Of a stretch of DNA of 21,893 bases, positions 1-11,867 are shown piece by piece. Under the pieces are notes generated by a model. That model did not search any database. It was not told the origin of the DNA and worked only from the letters and a program-made list of their open reading frames with translations. This stretch comes from Octopus sinensis. Taxonomy: Eukaryota. Location: assembly GCF_006345805.1 (NCBI RefSeq), contig NW_021823599.1:1-21893 (forward strand), read 5' to 3'. The first letter of the stretch is position 1. The number at the start of each line of letters is the position of its first letter. Made by a program: the position numbers and the translations under genes.

Positions 1-175
1 GGCATCATCTGTTCTATGGTCTAAGAAATCTTCCAGTCCACCACAAGATTTGGTATTTCACTGACCACGAAAACATGAAGACAATATTGTCCTACGTAGG
101 ATTTGAAAGTACGTAACACGAAAAGATGGAAGAGAGACTGTAATATCATCGCCAATTCTCCTTTCCAAATACATC

Positions 176-227
176 CATGTATACACACACACACACAAAT
201 GTACATATACATATTTTATGCATACAC

Positions 228-282
<55 letters not shown>

Positions 283-508
283 TATATATATATATATATA
301 TACATATATTTATGCATACATATACACACACACACACACATATAATATATATATATATATATATATACACACATTTTTTATGTGCATATATATATATCCA
401 CACACATGTACACGTATATGTGTATTTATATATATGTGTATTTCTCTCTCTCTCTTTCTCACTCTCTCTATATATATATTTACACACAGACACACGCACA
501 CACACACT

Positions 509-542
<34 letters not shown>

Positions 543-709
543 CATACATACACATATATATACACACATATATACACACATACGTAGACACACATGTGTA
601 TACAATGTCTAAAGATATACATATACATATATATGCATATATATATGTATATACGTATGCGTGTGTGTGTGTACACGTGTTCTTATGTTGTTGTGAATGC
701 AATGGTGTG

Positions 710-740
<31 letters not shown>

Positions 741-790
741 TGTGTGTGTGTGGTGCGCATGTATGTGTTTGTGTGAGTGTCTGTGTGTGT
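176..790. repeat. Compound (CA)n/(TA)n/(TC)n/(TG)n microsatellite block
   Basis: Directly visible dinucleotide runs. The overlapping ORFs (YIYI, HTHT, CVCV) are repeat translations. Confidence 0.95.
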
Positions 791-3590
791 TTCTGTGTCT
801 GTCTGTCCACCGTCAATACGTTATAGAATTTATGTTGATTACATATGTATCCTTCTAGAAATAACTATATCAAAGGTTTGTATAATATTTCCAAAATCCG
901 TCTGGCTTTTTATTTCTTAGAGAAAGATCTATTTTGGAATTCGATACATCAAACCTCCTCTGGGCCTTCAACAAAAGAGGGGGAAGGGTGTGTTCGGTAG
1001 ACTATTTTAGAACAGATTGTAGACATCTAATTATTGTTGGCGATTCTTAACTCTTTAATTTCTTACATTAAAGTATTTGGAAGTTATCCGAAACGACTCT
1101 ATATATCTGCATTAATACCCGCTAGCTGTTATTTGCATTGCCAGCCTGTATTCATATTCACAGCCATTTATATTGTCAGCATATAGCCAACCTTTAAGTC
1201 ACACAATACTCTGGTAACACAAATATTCCGGTTATATTCTCCTATAAAATTAGAATGCTATTATTCATAAATTTATATTCTAAATATCATTCCATTGATT
1301 TATAGAGAAATATCAGTTGACACTCTACCTCGGTTTTAGCCCTGAAAAAATAATGTATGACATAAAACAAAGTGTATTGCCTGCTTGCAATGCCGTTAAA
1401 GATTGTAATAAAGATATTTCTTTAGCGTAGATTTACAGTGAATGATGAGTGTCAGTTAGAGAAGGAAGAACTGAGGAAATATGTAGAATAGCTGAAAATG
1501 CAAGTCTGAGTAAATTGATGTAAATGGTAAGAAGGGAAAACAAATTTATTTTCTCATAATCTGCAGTGTGTGTGTCGTCGTAAATTCTTTCTTTCCCCGA
1601 CCAATCCCCATACAGCATTTATATTACATTTGACCATTTCTGAAGAGAGGAGATTTATAATATTTATCACTGGAGGATAAAAACAAAACATAATATTTCA
1701 GCCAACGCGTTTCTGGTTTAGTGATCATTCCATACACACGTGGATTCATTTATAATCTTCTTGTTTGAATCTGTTCCTGGAAGAGAATTGGAAATCAGAG
1801 CAGAGAAGATGACGAGATATATCAGGGGTGGATTGGGCATTTAAGTGAAGAAGGTTAAAGCAAAGGAAAAGATCAGAGTAGAGAAATTATTTCAACAGCA
1901 GTGTGAATAAAGATAAGTCTCACACATGCTTGTCAAGCGTATCGCATATCAGTTAGTTAGCAAGTTAACGTTGTCCCGTCAGCCATTCTACATCTTAAAG
2001 TATAGAATGAATTGGGGGTTCATGCTGGGGAATAAAGATAAGATGACGGAAGGAAATTATGAATGGAAAATCCGGAAAACTGGTGGTGGTGGGAGCAAGC
2101 AGTAATGGGAGAAAGGAAAGGAGAACAATTTGTTTGATAGAATGGAAGAAATAGAGAGAAATACCCAAACGTTGTTAGCAAAAGATTGAGAAATAAATAA
2201 AACTTGAAAGATGGAAATAATTGAGAGAAAGAAGGACAGATAATAAAAGCGAGAATGAAAGAAAACAAGATAACAACATGATTGATATATTTGCATTCAA
2301 TCTATTAGGTTAGTTTATTTTTATGGTTGAAGACGCGTGCTGAAAAAAAAAATGAACGACTCCACTGGGTTGAAAAGTGAGGCAGTGAGGGTTTGTAATT
2401 GGTTCTTGTGTTTTCTTTTTAGAACCCAGAACCAACGTTCTTCTATCCAAAAGCTTCACGCATGTGCTGTCTACACGGTAGCTCTTAAATTACACACGCT
2501 ACGAAACATCAATTAAGTCAGCTTCAGCGTCCTTTATGAGCAAAAATAAAATTGCAGAGATGTAGAGGTAAGGGGGCGGGGAATATATAGAATTATAGAG
2601 CAGTTGTAAAATTAGACTGCTGTGAGTTTCTGATGTATACTAGAGCTATAATGTACAATATTCACATCGATTGACATAAAACACAAACTGTGTTTTTAAC
2701 GAGAGCTTAATGAATTTAATATTCAATATAAGAGTATATATCGACTTTCAGCGTGGACAGTACACAACTGATAATGATGTCTAATAGTCAATTAAAAATG
2801 GAATCTTAATGGATAGTGCACTTATACGAATAAGTTTGCGCGAGGTTTGTGAGGAAAATAGTGATAGGTCAACGGAGATAACTCACTATTGGTCTTTTCT
2901 CTATGTTTCAGTCCAATAGTATTTCTGTCTACTTCTTTTAATCAAGTCTTCAATAATGAGAATTTCATCTGAAAGCGAAATCATTTCGTTTAGCATTTTC
3001 TACAACTGTTGTCAACATTATACAGACGCATCTATATATAAGCGCTTAACTGGATAAGCATCGACAAAAATCAGTTAACACGCAAATACTTTTCATCAAG
3101 TTTATATTTCTGTTTGAAACAGTGTATAAAACGGAGCTTCTCTCTCTCTTTCCCCTCTCTCTCTTACCCTCTCTCCCCCTCTCTCTTCCTCTCTCTATAT
3201 GAGAAAAAAATTATATTATTATGTTTTCTCTGACTTTTTTTGTTTTCCACAGGCGCTCATTCAAACTCCATGCATAAAGAGCGAACGAAGTAGGCCGTTT
3301 TCAGCCGTTTTAATTAATAGCAGCCATAATTAAACTCTGCATATCATCTAAGGTATTAGAAAAGGCGGGCCCAGGACAACATAATCTTAAACACAGCGTG
3401 TCCGGAATAGACTTGGATGGTCACAACAGGAATATCATTCACCATCGGTTTCTTGCTCGATCATAACTGACTTTCTTACTATACAATAAAAACTACCGCA
3501 ATAGTTTTTACTGACTTGGAAAATTCAAACGTAAACCTTGTTATTGAGATGATTTTGTTAAGCTATTTTTAATACTCGTAATACATTTAA

Positions 3591-3593
<3 letters not shown>

Positions 3594-3654
<61 letters not shown>

Positions 3655-3667
3655 TATCTATCTATCT
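3594..3667. repeat. (TATC)n microsatellite at the 5' flank of a LINE fragment
   Basis: Tandem TATC with a few TAT interruptions, ending directly at the GC-rich LINE sequence. Confidence 0.95.
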
Positions 3668-4210
3668 GCGAGAGTGTCGCGTTGCTCTCAAGCAACTCTG
3701 CCGTCCGGGTCGACCTTAAGTGACTTCAACACAACCAAAGCATTCTATAGGGGATTAGTGGAGGGGAGGTACGACGACGAGCGGGGCGAACCTGGACGTC
3801 AACGAGGAGTACCTGACCCGCCTGTTCAGGACGACTTTCGGGCCAGGGCCCATGGACAACTTCCAGAGATCCCTGGCCTGCAGTGCTACCGAGAAGCGCT
3901 ACCCGTTCGGGATAAGCTCTACAGACCCGGCTCGAGAAACACGGGGCCGACCTGCCCGAGATGCGGTCAGAGCGACGAAACCGTTCTGCACGCACTCGTG
4001 CAGTGTCCAAAAATTTTTTCCTCTCCCCCTTTTTTTTTTTATTTTTTTTTAACCCCCCTTTTTTTTGTCCTCTTTCTCTCCTTTTACGATCCCTTTTGAT
4101 CGAAACTCCCCTTCCTTTTTTTTTTTTTTTTTTTTAAACCTTCAAAAGAAAAGCTCTACCTTGTAATTTGTTCTATCTGTGTGCAGCCCTGTGTGGCTAA
4201 TAAAGAAACA
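3668..4210 (+). mobile_element. 5'-truncated Tx1/L1-clade LINE 3' end (zf-RVT/CCHC region, pyrimidine-rich 3' UTR, AATAAA), frameshifted
   Basis: Stitching frames gives RECRVALKQLCRPG/STLSDFNTTKAFYRGLVEGRYDDE/ANLDVNEEYLTRLFRTTFGPGPMDNFQRSLA/QCYREALPVRDKLYRPGSRNTGPTCPRCGQSDETVLHALVQCP. The C-x2-C-x8-H-x4-C knuckle (3953-4006) is typical of L1/Tx1 ORF2 C-termini. AATAAA at 4199-4204, then microsatellite. Confidence 0.8.
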
Positions 4211-4253
4211 TATCTATCCATCTATCTATCTGTCAATATATCTGTCTGTCTGA

Positions 4254-4316
<63 letters not shown>

Positions 4317-4318
4317 AA

Positions 4319-4349
<31 letters not shown>

Positions 4350-4350
4350 A

Positions 4351-4383
<33 letters not shown>

Positions 4384-4620
4384 TTATCCATCTATTTATC
4401 TATCCATCTATCAATCGAGGGTGGGGAATGCACACATACATACATACATACATACATACATACATACATAGACATACATACATAATAAATGCATACATAC
4501 ATATATACATACATACATGCATACATACATACATACATACATACATACATACATACATACATACATACATACATACATACATACATACATACATACATAC
4601 ATACATACATACATACATAC
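4211..4620. repeat. (TATC)n/(TGTC)n/(TC)n array followed by a long (CATA)n array (4431-4620)
   Basis: Directly visible tetranucleotide arrays. Confidence 0.95.
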
Positions 4621-4624
4621 GTGC

Positions 4625-4930
4625 ATACAACGACGAGGGTCCCAGCTGATACGATCAACGGAACATCTTGCTCATGAAATTAACGTGCAAGTAGCCGAGC
4701 AATACATAGACACGTGTACCCTAATGTAGTTCACATGAAGATTCAGCGTGACACAAAGTGTAACAAGGCTGGCCCTTTGAAATATTGTACAACTCATTTT
4801 TGCCAGCTGTGTATACTGGAGCAGCGTGAAAAAGTGTCTTGCTCAAGAACACAACACGTCGCCGGGAATTGAGCTCATAACCTTACAATCGTGAGTCGAA
4901 TGCTCTAGCCACCAAGCCACGTGCCTTCAC
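4625..4930 (-). mobile_element. tRNA-derived SINE, family B (CORE-like body), copy 1
   Basis: Minus strand: A-box-like TGGCTTGGTGG, B-box-like GAGCTCAATTCC, then TTGTGTTCTTGAGCAAGACACTTT...CAGCTGGCAAAAATGAG, which resembles the CORE domain. Colinear with the copy at 17657-17974. Confidence 0.8.
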
Positions 4931-4992
4931 ACACACACACACGAATATATATATATACACATGACAGGCTTTTTTCACTCATATCTATTTCA

Positions 4993-4993
<1 letters not shown>

Positions 4994-5066
<73 letters not shown>
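4994..5066. repeat. (TATC)n microsatellite
   Basis: Directly visible. Confidence 0.95.
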
Positions 5067-5396
5067 CCCTATCCGTTTGTCCGTCTGTCTGTTTCTCTGT
5101 CTCTCTGCTTGTCTATCTGCCCGTCTAATTAGATATACATACATGCAAGCATAATAACTAAGTAAATGATCATCTTCCTAAGAAACAAAGTAAAGCTGTA
5201 TGATAAAATACTTAAAAATAAATCTATTTTCAAGACACCATACTGAAACAAAAACATTCTGGTAGACATGAAATGGTTCAACGACAATGATGTATTAAAC
5301 AAAGTTTCAAATTCTGAACAAAGAGGGAGATATTGTAGATAAACTGTATGTTTTAGACATCAGTCTACTTACCTGCATATCTGTATGTTGGCAAGT

Positions 5397-5496
5397 CTAT
5401 GCTATGCTATGCTATGCTATGCTATGCTATGTATGTATGTATGTATGTTTGTATGTATGTATGAATGTATGTATGAATGTGTTTGTGTGTGTGTGG
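5397..5496. repeat. (CTATG)n pentamer grading into (TATG)n/(TG)n
   Basis: Directly visible. Confidence 0.9.
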
Positions 5497-5654
5497 TATA
5501 AACTACGGCCGTCTCTCGTATTCGAAGACGTCGATGATGCTTGGTACAGCACCCATGCTTTCCTTAATTGTTTTAGGCGCCTATATCTTCGTGAGCTGAC
5601 GTATGATACGTTTCGGCCTTGTCAATCTTGACTCAGCGGAATGTCTAGGATTAA

Positions 5655-5872
5655 CCCTTTTATTACCAACCCGGCTGAAACCGGCTCTGGCTCTGTAGTA
5701 CAAATGTCTTGTTTTCATAAGTTTTGAATTAAAATCTACCACCAAACCTTAGTCATAATTTATGTTCCTAACAGTAGTTGAATGATAACTAAGTTATTTT
5801 ACTAAATTCTTTGTTATATGTAAAGTAATTGACAGAAACACAGAGCATCTCAAAATAAATACAGTAACAAAA
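5655..5872. mobile_element. piggyBac-like MITE with damaged right end
   Basis: TTAA at 5651-5654 followed by CCCTTTTATTAC. The right end GTAACAAAA matches the left TIR core at 8/9 but lacks the terminal GGG-TTAA. A 13-nt tandem duplication AATACAGTAACAA (5858-5883) sits there instead. TTAA plus CCC termini are piggyBac hallmarks. Confidence 0.55.
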
Positions 5873-5929
5873 TACAGTAACAACTGGCAGCGGAGAGTAG
5901 AGGACTACTCTGCTCTTAGCTGCCGGTGT

Positions 5930-6045
5930 TTCATTTTGAAGTCTGGTTTCTATTCTGTTGGGCTCTAATGTCGAACCGCTAGCCTTCGGGGAGGCAATCA
6001 AATCAGCAATGGTTATCAACCGGAGTGGAAGGAAACACACACAAA
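5930..6045 (-). mobile_element. Diverged SINE family A, 3' (tail) fragment
   Basis: GTCGAACCGCTAGCCTTCGGGGA...GGTTATCAA aligns to GCCGAACCGCTAAGTGACGGGGA...GGTTGTCAA of the 9121-9549 copy and is followed by the internal CA tract. Confidence 0.5.
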
Positions 6046-6126
6046 GACATATGCACACATATATACATGCATGCATGCATGCATTTATCCACACACACAC
6101 AGACACATAAATGTATATGCATTCTT

Positions 6127-6485
6127 TTCTTTTATTCTTTTATTTGTTTCAGTCAAGTTGGAGCACCGTCTTTAGTCGAACAAATATATCCTCAAAGCTT
6201 ATATTTTGTAATCCTAGTACTTATTCTATCGGTCTTTTTTGCCGAACCGCTAGCTTACGGAGACGTCAATACACTAACATTGGCTGTCAAGCGATGGTGG
6301 GGGGGAGGGGGCAAACACAGATGCACACAAAAATTTACACACACATACACACATGGGCTTCTTTCAGTTTCTGTCTACCAAATCCACTCACAAGGCTTTG
6401 GTCGGCACGAGGCTATAGTAAAATACACTTGATCAAAGTGCCACGCAGAGGCACTGAACCCGTAACCATGTGGCTGGTAAGCAAG
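6127..6485 (-). mobile_element. SINE family A, near full-length, 5' end clipped
   Basis: Colinear with the copies at 9121-9549 and 18128-18525 (tail, CA tract, CAGTTTC(C/T)GTCTACCAAATCCACTCACAAGG, B-box region). Confidence 0.85.
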
Positions 6486-6498
6486 AGAAACTCTCATA

Positions 6499-6626
6499 CA
6501 GTTTCCGTCTACCAAATTCACTCAAAATGTATTGGTCGACTCGGGGTGACATTAGAAGATACTCACCCAGGGTGTCATGCAGTTGAACGGGATCCAAAAC
6601 GTCGCAGTTGCGGAGCGAGTTTACTC
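6499..6626 (-). mobile_element. Diverged SINE family A, head/core fragment
   Basis: Starts CAGTTTCCGTCTACCAAATTCACTCA and aligns to the head half of family A. Confidence 0.6.
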
Positions 6627-6844
6627 ACACAAGCTCTCTCACACACACACTCACACTCACTCACATACACACATACACACACACACAAACACACACACAC
6701 GCACTCACTTATGTGTGTGTGTGTTTGTGTGTACGCGCGCGCTTGCGTGCGTATGTGTAGTTTGAAATCACAGTCAACAACATTGTTGTATAAGAATAAT
6801 AAATTTGTGCTCTACAAAGTATAGAGTAGTCTATCAGATCAATG

Positions 6845-6858
6845 TATATATAAACATT

Positions 6859-6915
<57 letters not shown>

Positions 6916-6999
6916 ATATATATATAATATATATATATATATATGTATATGTATATGTATATGTATGTATGTATGTATGTGTGTATATATATATATATG

Positions 7000-7030
<31 letters not shown>

Positions 7031-7064
7031 TTGTATGTATGTATGTATGTTTGTATGTATGTAT

Positions 7065-7131
<67 letters not shown>

Positions 7132-7136
7132 ATATG
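6845..7136. repeat. Compound (TA)n/(TATG)n microsatellite
   Basis: Directly visible. Confidence 0.95.
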
Positions 7137-7206
7137 CTTATAGACATAAGATTTGAACAACCTCTTGCATTCTCCACAACGATCTGGTGTATTAGCCTAA
7201 TGATTG

Positions 7207-7367
7207 CCGCATTTTAACATGTATAAGCGACCCTTTTTTCAAAAATTAGGTGAAAAAAATATGGAAGTTTCTTATACATGGATAGTATTATAATCCTTTA
7301 CAAATCCTTTTTACCAAATTTTCAACCCCCAAAATTAGGGGGGTTCCTTACACACGTTAAAATACGG
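7207..7367. mobile_element. 161-bp Tc2/pogo-like (Tc1-mariner superfamily) MITE
   Basis: Left TIR CCGCATTTTAACATGTATAAG (7207-7227) versus the reverse complement of the right TIR, CCGTATTTTAACGTGTGTAAG (7347-7367): 18/21 identical. Flanks are TG and TA, consistent with a TA target duplication with one transition. Confidence 0.75.
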
Positions 7368-7844
7368 TAAGTACCCGGAAAACTCAGGTAGTTTATTGAC
7401 GCCTTCCCAAGACTCGTAATTGTTGAAGGATCCCGGCGGACGGAATTTTTTGATGACAGGATGCAGTATTTGAGCTGACAACGTACAGAACCGATACAAA
7501 TACTACAAGGCGTCTCAACCTATTCTAACATTCTACCATGCGTGTACACGTATGCTATCGTTTGTTTTCTTTCTGCGGATTCCGTTCATCTCGGGAGTCC
7601 TTGTAACTCCACCTGGAAAGTCTTGCTGCGGTCTCGTTCATAGTGCAGCATCTGGTGTTGCTGCACAAACTCATTTGTAATCGATATTCCTGATCACAGT
7701 AAATTCTTTGGAAGGTCAGTCTTCTCTTGGTGCTGTTTTACATAGATGGATACAGAGAAAACCAACCAAGTTTTGTTGGAACTCCTGAAATCTTGCATGT
7801 GTAGCAGGCTTGCTACATGCTGCCTACGGTACCATGCTACCTGG

Positions 7845-7862
7845 TGTTGTTGTTGTTGTATC

Positions 7863-7929
<67 letters not shown>

Positions 7930-8125
7930 CTTCTTCTTCTTCTTCTTCTTCTTCTTCTTCTTCATCATCATCTCCTTCGTATTTGTGGTATTAGTAGTGT
8001 GAGAAGCTGAGCAGCAGCAGCAGTAGTAGCAGCAGCAGCAGCAGCAACAGCAGTAGTAGTAGTAGTTGTTTGTAGTAGTAGTTGTTTGTAGTAGTAGTTG
8101 TTTGTAGTAGTAGTAGTAGTAGTGT
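7845..8125. repeat. Compound trinucleotide array (GTT)n-(CTT)n-(CAT)n-(CAG)n-(TAG)n
   Basis: Directly visible. The poly-V/L/N/Y ORFs are artefacts. Confidence 0.95.
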
Positions 8126-9120
8126 TTCCTTTTGTTCTTGTCGTATGTCATGAATGTAGTGGTACTACTACCAGAGTGAAAATGTTAGCTTTGTTGTTTA
8201 GTTCCAGTTAAAAGAAAAGGCTTTTAATAATAAGATGAATGTGATTAATAGGCAGGTGCATAAATGAGAAGAATAGTTGTTCGTTTTCGATTTATCATCC
8301 ATTTACTATCGAGGACAGAATAACGTCGGAAATTTCTGTCCGTATTAGTATGGATAACAAGAATGTTCTTTTGAAAGCGGTGTGTGTACATAGTTCTTTT
8401 TAAAGTTCGGCATTTTGATAGTCGTACCTGTGAGGATCCTGTTGACTACAAGAATTTTCTTGCCACTACCGTTTTGTTGCTTACATTGTTAGTGTGTGCT
8501 GATGTTTATACTGTGTCAGTGTTAATCTGCCCTCCTTTAATACTCCCCAGAATAAATCTGATTGTACAAAACTGTTATCACTCGTATATTTTGTAATGTT
8601 TACATATAATTTTACTCGCCTAGTTATATTTTTTGCTGACGTCATTACTTGATCTGCCAAACTTCCAGTTGTTTATTACAAGGCAATTTTCGATTGTAAA
8701 CAACAAGTTTCAGTATTCAAATCAAACTATAGGACTGCTACAGATCTACGAGCAAAGATGTTCCAAACAAGATCTTATCAACTTCCATTCACATAGTTTG
8801 CTTATATGTCTTACTGTTAAACAAGTTTTTTTTTTCCCCCGTTGCTATAAATTTGGTCGGCTATTATCTGAGCGAGTTCTGACCCGCTGTTTTGGGGGTC
8901 AACCCCATTTTGACTCGCTGTTTCTAACACATTCAAGTGAACACATAGTACCTGACTCGACTACTAGGTGACTGATAGTGATGTTAGATCAAATTTAAAT
9001 GATAGTAAGAGTAAGTTCAACATGGCAGGGAGGGATATATTAGCTATTGTTATCGTTTAATCCCAAATCATGTCTGATTGAACATACCTGTCATAAAAGC
9101 GATCAAACAACGACCATCCT

Positions 9121-9321
9121 ACTCTTTCACTTGTTTCAGTCATTTGACTGCGGCCCTGCTGGAGCACCGCCTTTAGTCGAGCAAATCGACCCCGGGACTT
9201 ATTCTTTTTGTAAGCCCAGTACTTATTCTATCGGTCTCTTTTGCCGAACCGCTAAGTGACGGGGACGTAAGCACGCCAGCATCGGTTGTCAAGCAATGCT
9301 AGGGGAACAAACACACACACA

Positions 9322-9377
<56 letters not shown>

Positions 9378-9549
9378 CATATATACGACGGGCTTCTTTC
9401 AGTTTCCGTCTACCAAATACACTCACAAGGCATTGGTCGGCCCGGGGCTATAGCAGAAGACACTTGCCCAAGATGTCACGCAGTGGGACTGAACCCGGAA
9501 CCATGTGGTTGGTTAGCAAGCTACTTACCACACAGCCACTCCTGCGCCT
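9121..9549 (-). mobile_element. Full-length tRNA-derived SINE, family A, with internal (TG)n/(TA)n tract and candidate 5-bp TSD
   Basis: Minus strand: AGGCGCAGGAGTGGCTGTGTGGTAAG (A box), GGTTCAGTCCC (B-box-like), CORE-like CTTGGGCAAGTG, internal microsatellite (9310-9385) and a tail ending GACTGAAACAAGTGAAAGAGT. ATCCT flanks both ends (9116-9120, 9550-9554). Confidence 0.9.
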
Positions 9550-9789
9550 ATCCTGTTTGTTTTTTGTTTTATTTTTCATGAATAAAGGACTATATTGTGT
9601 CTCCTTTTTAAAGAAATTAGAATATAGATGCATCGTTAATTCCGAGCCATTCCTAGCATTCTAGCCCTGTCTACGCTGTTTTTTTTTCACTAGACTGCAT
9701 GCAGAGCTGCACTATCTAATGCATCACACCATTCTGATATTTTCTTCATACGGTAGTAACCATGTGGAGGCTTCCTCAGCTGAAGGTGA

Positions 9790-10830
9790 TAATAGTGATG
9801 GTGATAGCATAAGTAGTAGTAGTAGTATGATGAAGTAAAAAGCTGGTATAGGTTGTTGTTGTTGTTGTTACAGCGGATGGTGATGATTGGGGTGATAATG
9901 TCAGTGGTGGTAGTTGCGATCGTGGTAGTGGTTGAGATTGTCGGGGTGAAGTGATTAGGAGTTGAAGTGATAGTGTCGTTGATGGTAGGATGAAAGAAAA
10001 TTAGCAGCTTTTGATGGTGACAGCGATGATGGCAGTAATGGTGAATGTGATATATGTTGATAAGTATCTATGTTGTTGGTGTCTCAGGTAATAGTTAGCT
10101 ACGATAATCGTTGCCATGGCTATAGTCGCTATGGTGATAGCTGTTATGGCGGTAGTTGCTACGGTGTTACCTGTTGTAGTGATTATTGCTATGGTGGTAG
10201 TTACGGCGTTAGTTGTTCTAGTGATAGTTATGGCGATAGTTTGCTATGAAGATAGATGTTATGGTGATAGTTGCTATGGAGACAGTTGTTATGGTCGTAG
10301 TTGTTATAGCGATAGTTGCTATGGCGATAGTTGTCAAGTCAATAGCTGCTATGGGGATAGATGTTATGGTATTAGTTGTTATGGTTATAGTTGCTATGAC
10401 GATAATTGTTACGATGATAGTTGCTATGATGTTAGTTGTATTGATAAATTCTTTGATAATGGTGTCTGTGGTTCTGATTGCTGTGGTGATGGTTGCTGTG
10501 GTGATGGTTGCTGTGGTGATGGTTGCTCTTGGTGATAGTGGCAGTGGTGGTGGTTGCTGTGGTGATGGTTGCTTTTGGTGATAGTGGCAGTGGTGGTGGT
10601 TGCAATGGTAATGGTTGTGCTGACGGCTGCTTTGGTGATGGTGACAGCGGTGATGATGGTAGTAGGAATGAGACGAGTGGTGATGACTATTGTAGCAATG
10701 GTTGACGAAGTAATAGTGATAGTAAAAGTGGTGGTGATGGTGGTGGTATTATTTCGCAGTGGTGGTGGCGGTAAGGGCGGGGGCGGTGGTTTTGGTAGTG
10801 GTAGTGGTGGTGATTGAGACTGGGATGATG
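9790..10830. repeat. Degenerate GAT/GGT/AGT triplet block containing a 15-bp minisatellite (about GGTGATAGTTGCTAT, 10120-10530)
   Basis: The 15-nt periodicity shows in translation as GDSCY or VIVAM pentapeptides that switch frame. Confidence 0.85.
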
Positions 10831-11399
10831 ATATTAGCTTTCATGATAGCTACAACTGAAGCAGCAAGGGTGATGAAGACTGTAGTGAAAGTAAGAGCTC
10901 TGATGATGATCTTGTAAGCAGTTGAAAGGGCTGAAATGAATCCTTGATAAATATAAAGAAGAAAACTGCAGGAAATGTAGATGACTATGCTGTTTCATCA
11001 TCTGCCCATCTCATTTATCACCCTCAATAACATCTGTAAGGAGCTGTCAGTAACTTTTCAATTATAAAGATTTGTTTTGTTTTGTTTTAAATTTTTCTTG
11101 TACATGTGTCTGAAATAAATTATTTTCCCATAGATTACGGGTAGAGGGTATTATGTAGATAGAATCGGGGTATATAATGTGGGTTGAGTACGGATATAGT
11201 TACGGACTAAAGCCAGTTTTCTTCACCTGCGAGCGAGTAAGGTTGAGTAGCATGTACCACCCCGTTGCTAATAGTTATAGATGCTTGTATAATAGCGAGT
11301 AAACAGTGATAACTTCTCTCACGTTCATTGCTGGCCCGGCAGAACATCGAAGATATAAGGAAAGTGGGTGGTACAGAACCTGGCTAAGTTACATTATAT

Positions 11400-11500
11400 T
11401 TATGTAGACTGGATCAATTTTAAGGACACAAGGCACTGCTCAGTCCAGGAACTGAACCCGCAATCTTATGGTCATAAGCCGAATACCTTATCTACCCAGC
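11400..11500 (-). mobile_element. Possible highly diverged SINE head (family B-like)
   Basis: AAGGACACAA...GGAACTGAACCCGCAATCTTATGGTCATAAGCCGAATACC resembles AAGGACACAA...GGAATTGAACTCACGACCTTACGATCGTGAG of the 17657-17974 copy. Confidence 0.4.
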
Positions 11501-11867
11501 TCCGTACCTCTACTGAAAAACATACTAGTAAAACGAGTATGACTCAATGAAATATACTTTTGCTAGTTGTTTTAGCTTCGTGTGTCATCTCGGCTCTTCT
11601 ACTTGTTGACCAGTAGAATACCCAGAATGTGAGAGTAAGTGAGACAAAATGTTGCACGTTGGTGCAACACTTTGCCTCACCTACGCGGTTGGTACATATT
11701 TTCAGCGAAGACTGGAGAAATGTGAAATGAGGTGCCATACTTAAGAAGATAAAGCGCTGCCTGGCCCAACTGTCAAACCAAACCAAGCTAGCTACTAGCC
11801 CACTAGCGAAGTGTAACGTGCTTTTACTGAATTGTAATTGGGGAGATGTTGATATAAAGAAAAATAT

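Noticed and set aside
921-996. Possible exon after TTTTTATTTCTTAG
   Set aside because: Donors (GTGTGT, GTAGAC) are weak, no frame gives a recognisable peptide, and it does not join in frame to the next candidate exon.
1700-1735. GAAACGCGTT on the minus strand, reminiscent of Penelope hammerhead ends
   Set aside because: Upstream core is AUGAUCA (two mismatches) and helix II cannot form.
3310-3470. Sequence vaguely resembling an octopus interspersed repeat I recall
   Set aside because: No second copy or structural hallmark in the window to support it.
5600-5640. Minus-strand GGCCGAAACGTA with upstream CTGAGTCA
   Set aside because: No CUGANGA core in the right position and no helix I.
8633-8971. 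112-aa non-repetitive ORF
   Set aside because: TTG start, no recognisable motif, runs through a poly-T tract, and the length is expected by chance.
9745-9780. Minus-strand CUGAGGA followed by an AGCC/GGUU stem
   Set aside because: No GAAA after the stem, so the catalytic core is incomplete.
10217-10749. Long stop-free minus-strand frame (His-rich, then Thr/Ile-rich, mucin-like)
   Set aside because: ACC/ATC/CAC-type triplet repeats lack stops inherently. No ATG or splice support.
11547-11744. Signal-peptide-like MKYT/LLVVLASCVISALLLVDQ with a GTAAGT donor and 71-nt intron; also an in-frame TGA after GSSTC suggesting selenocysteine
   Set aside because: The secreted-peptide model needs both a frameshift and a stop read-through. 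The Sec reading does not match a known selenoprotein motif and meets a second TGA. No SECIS was identified.
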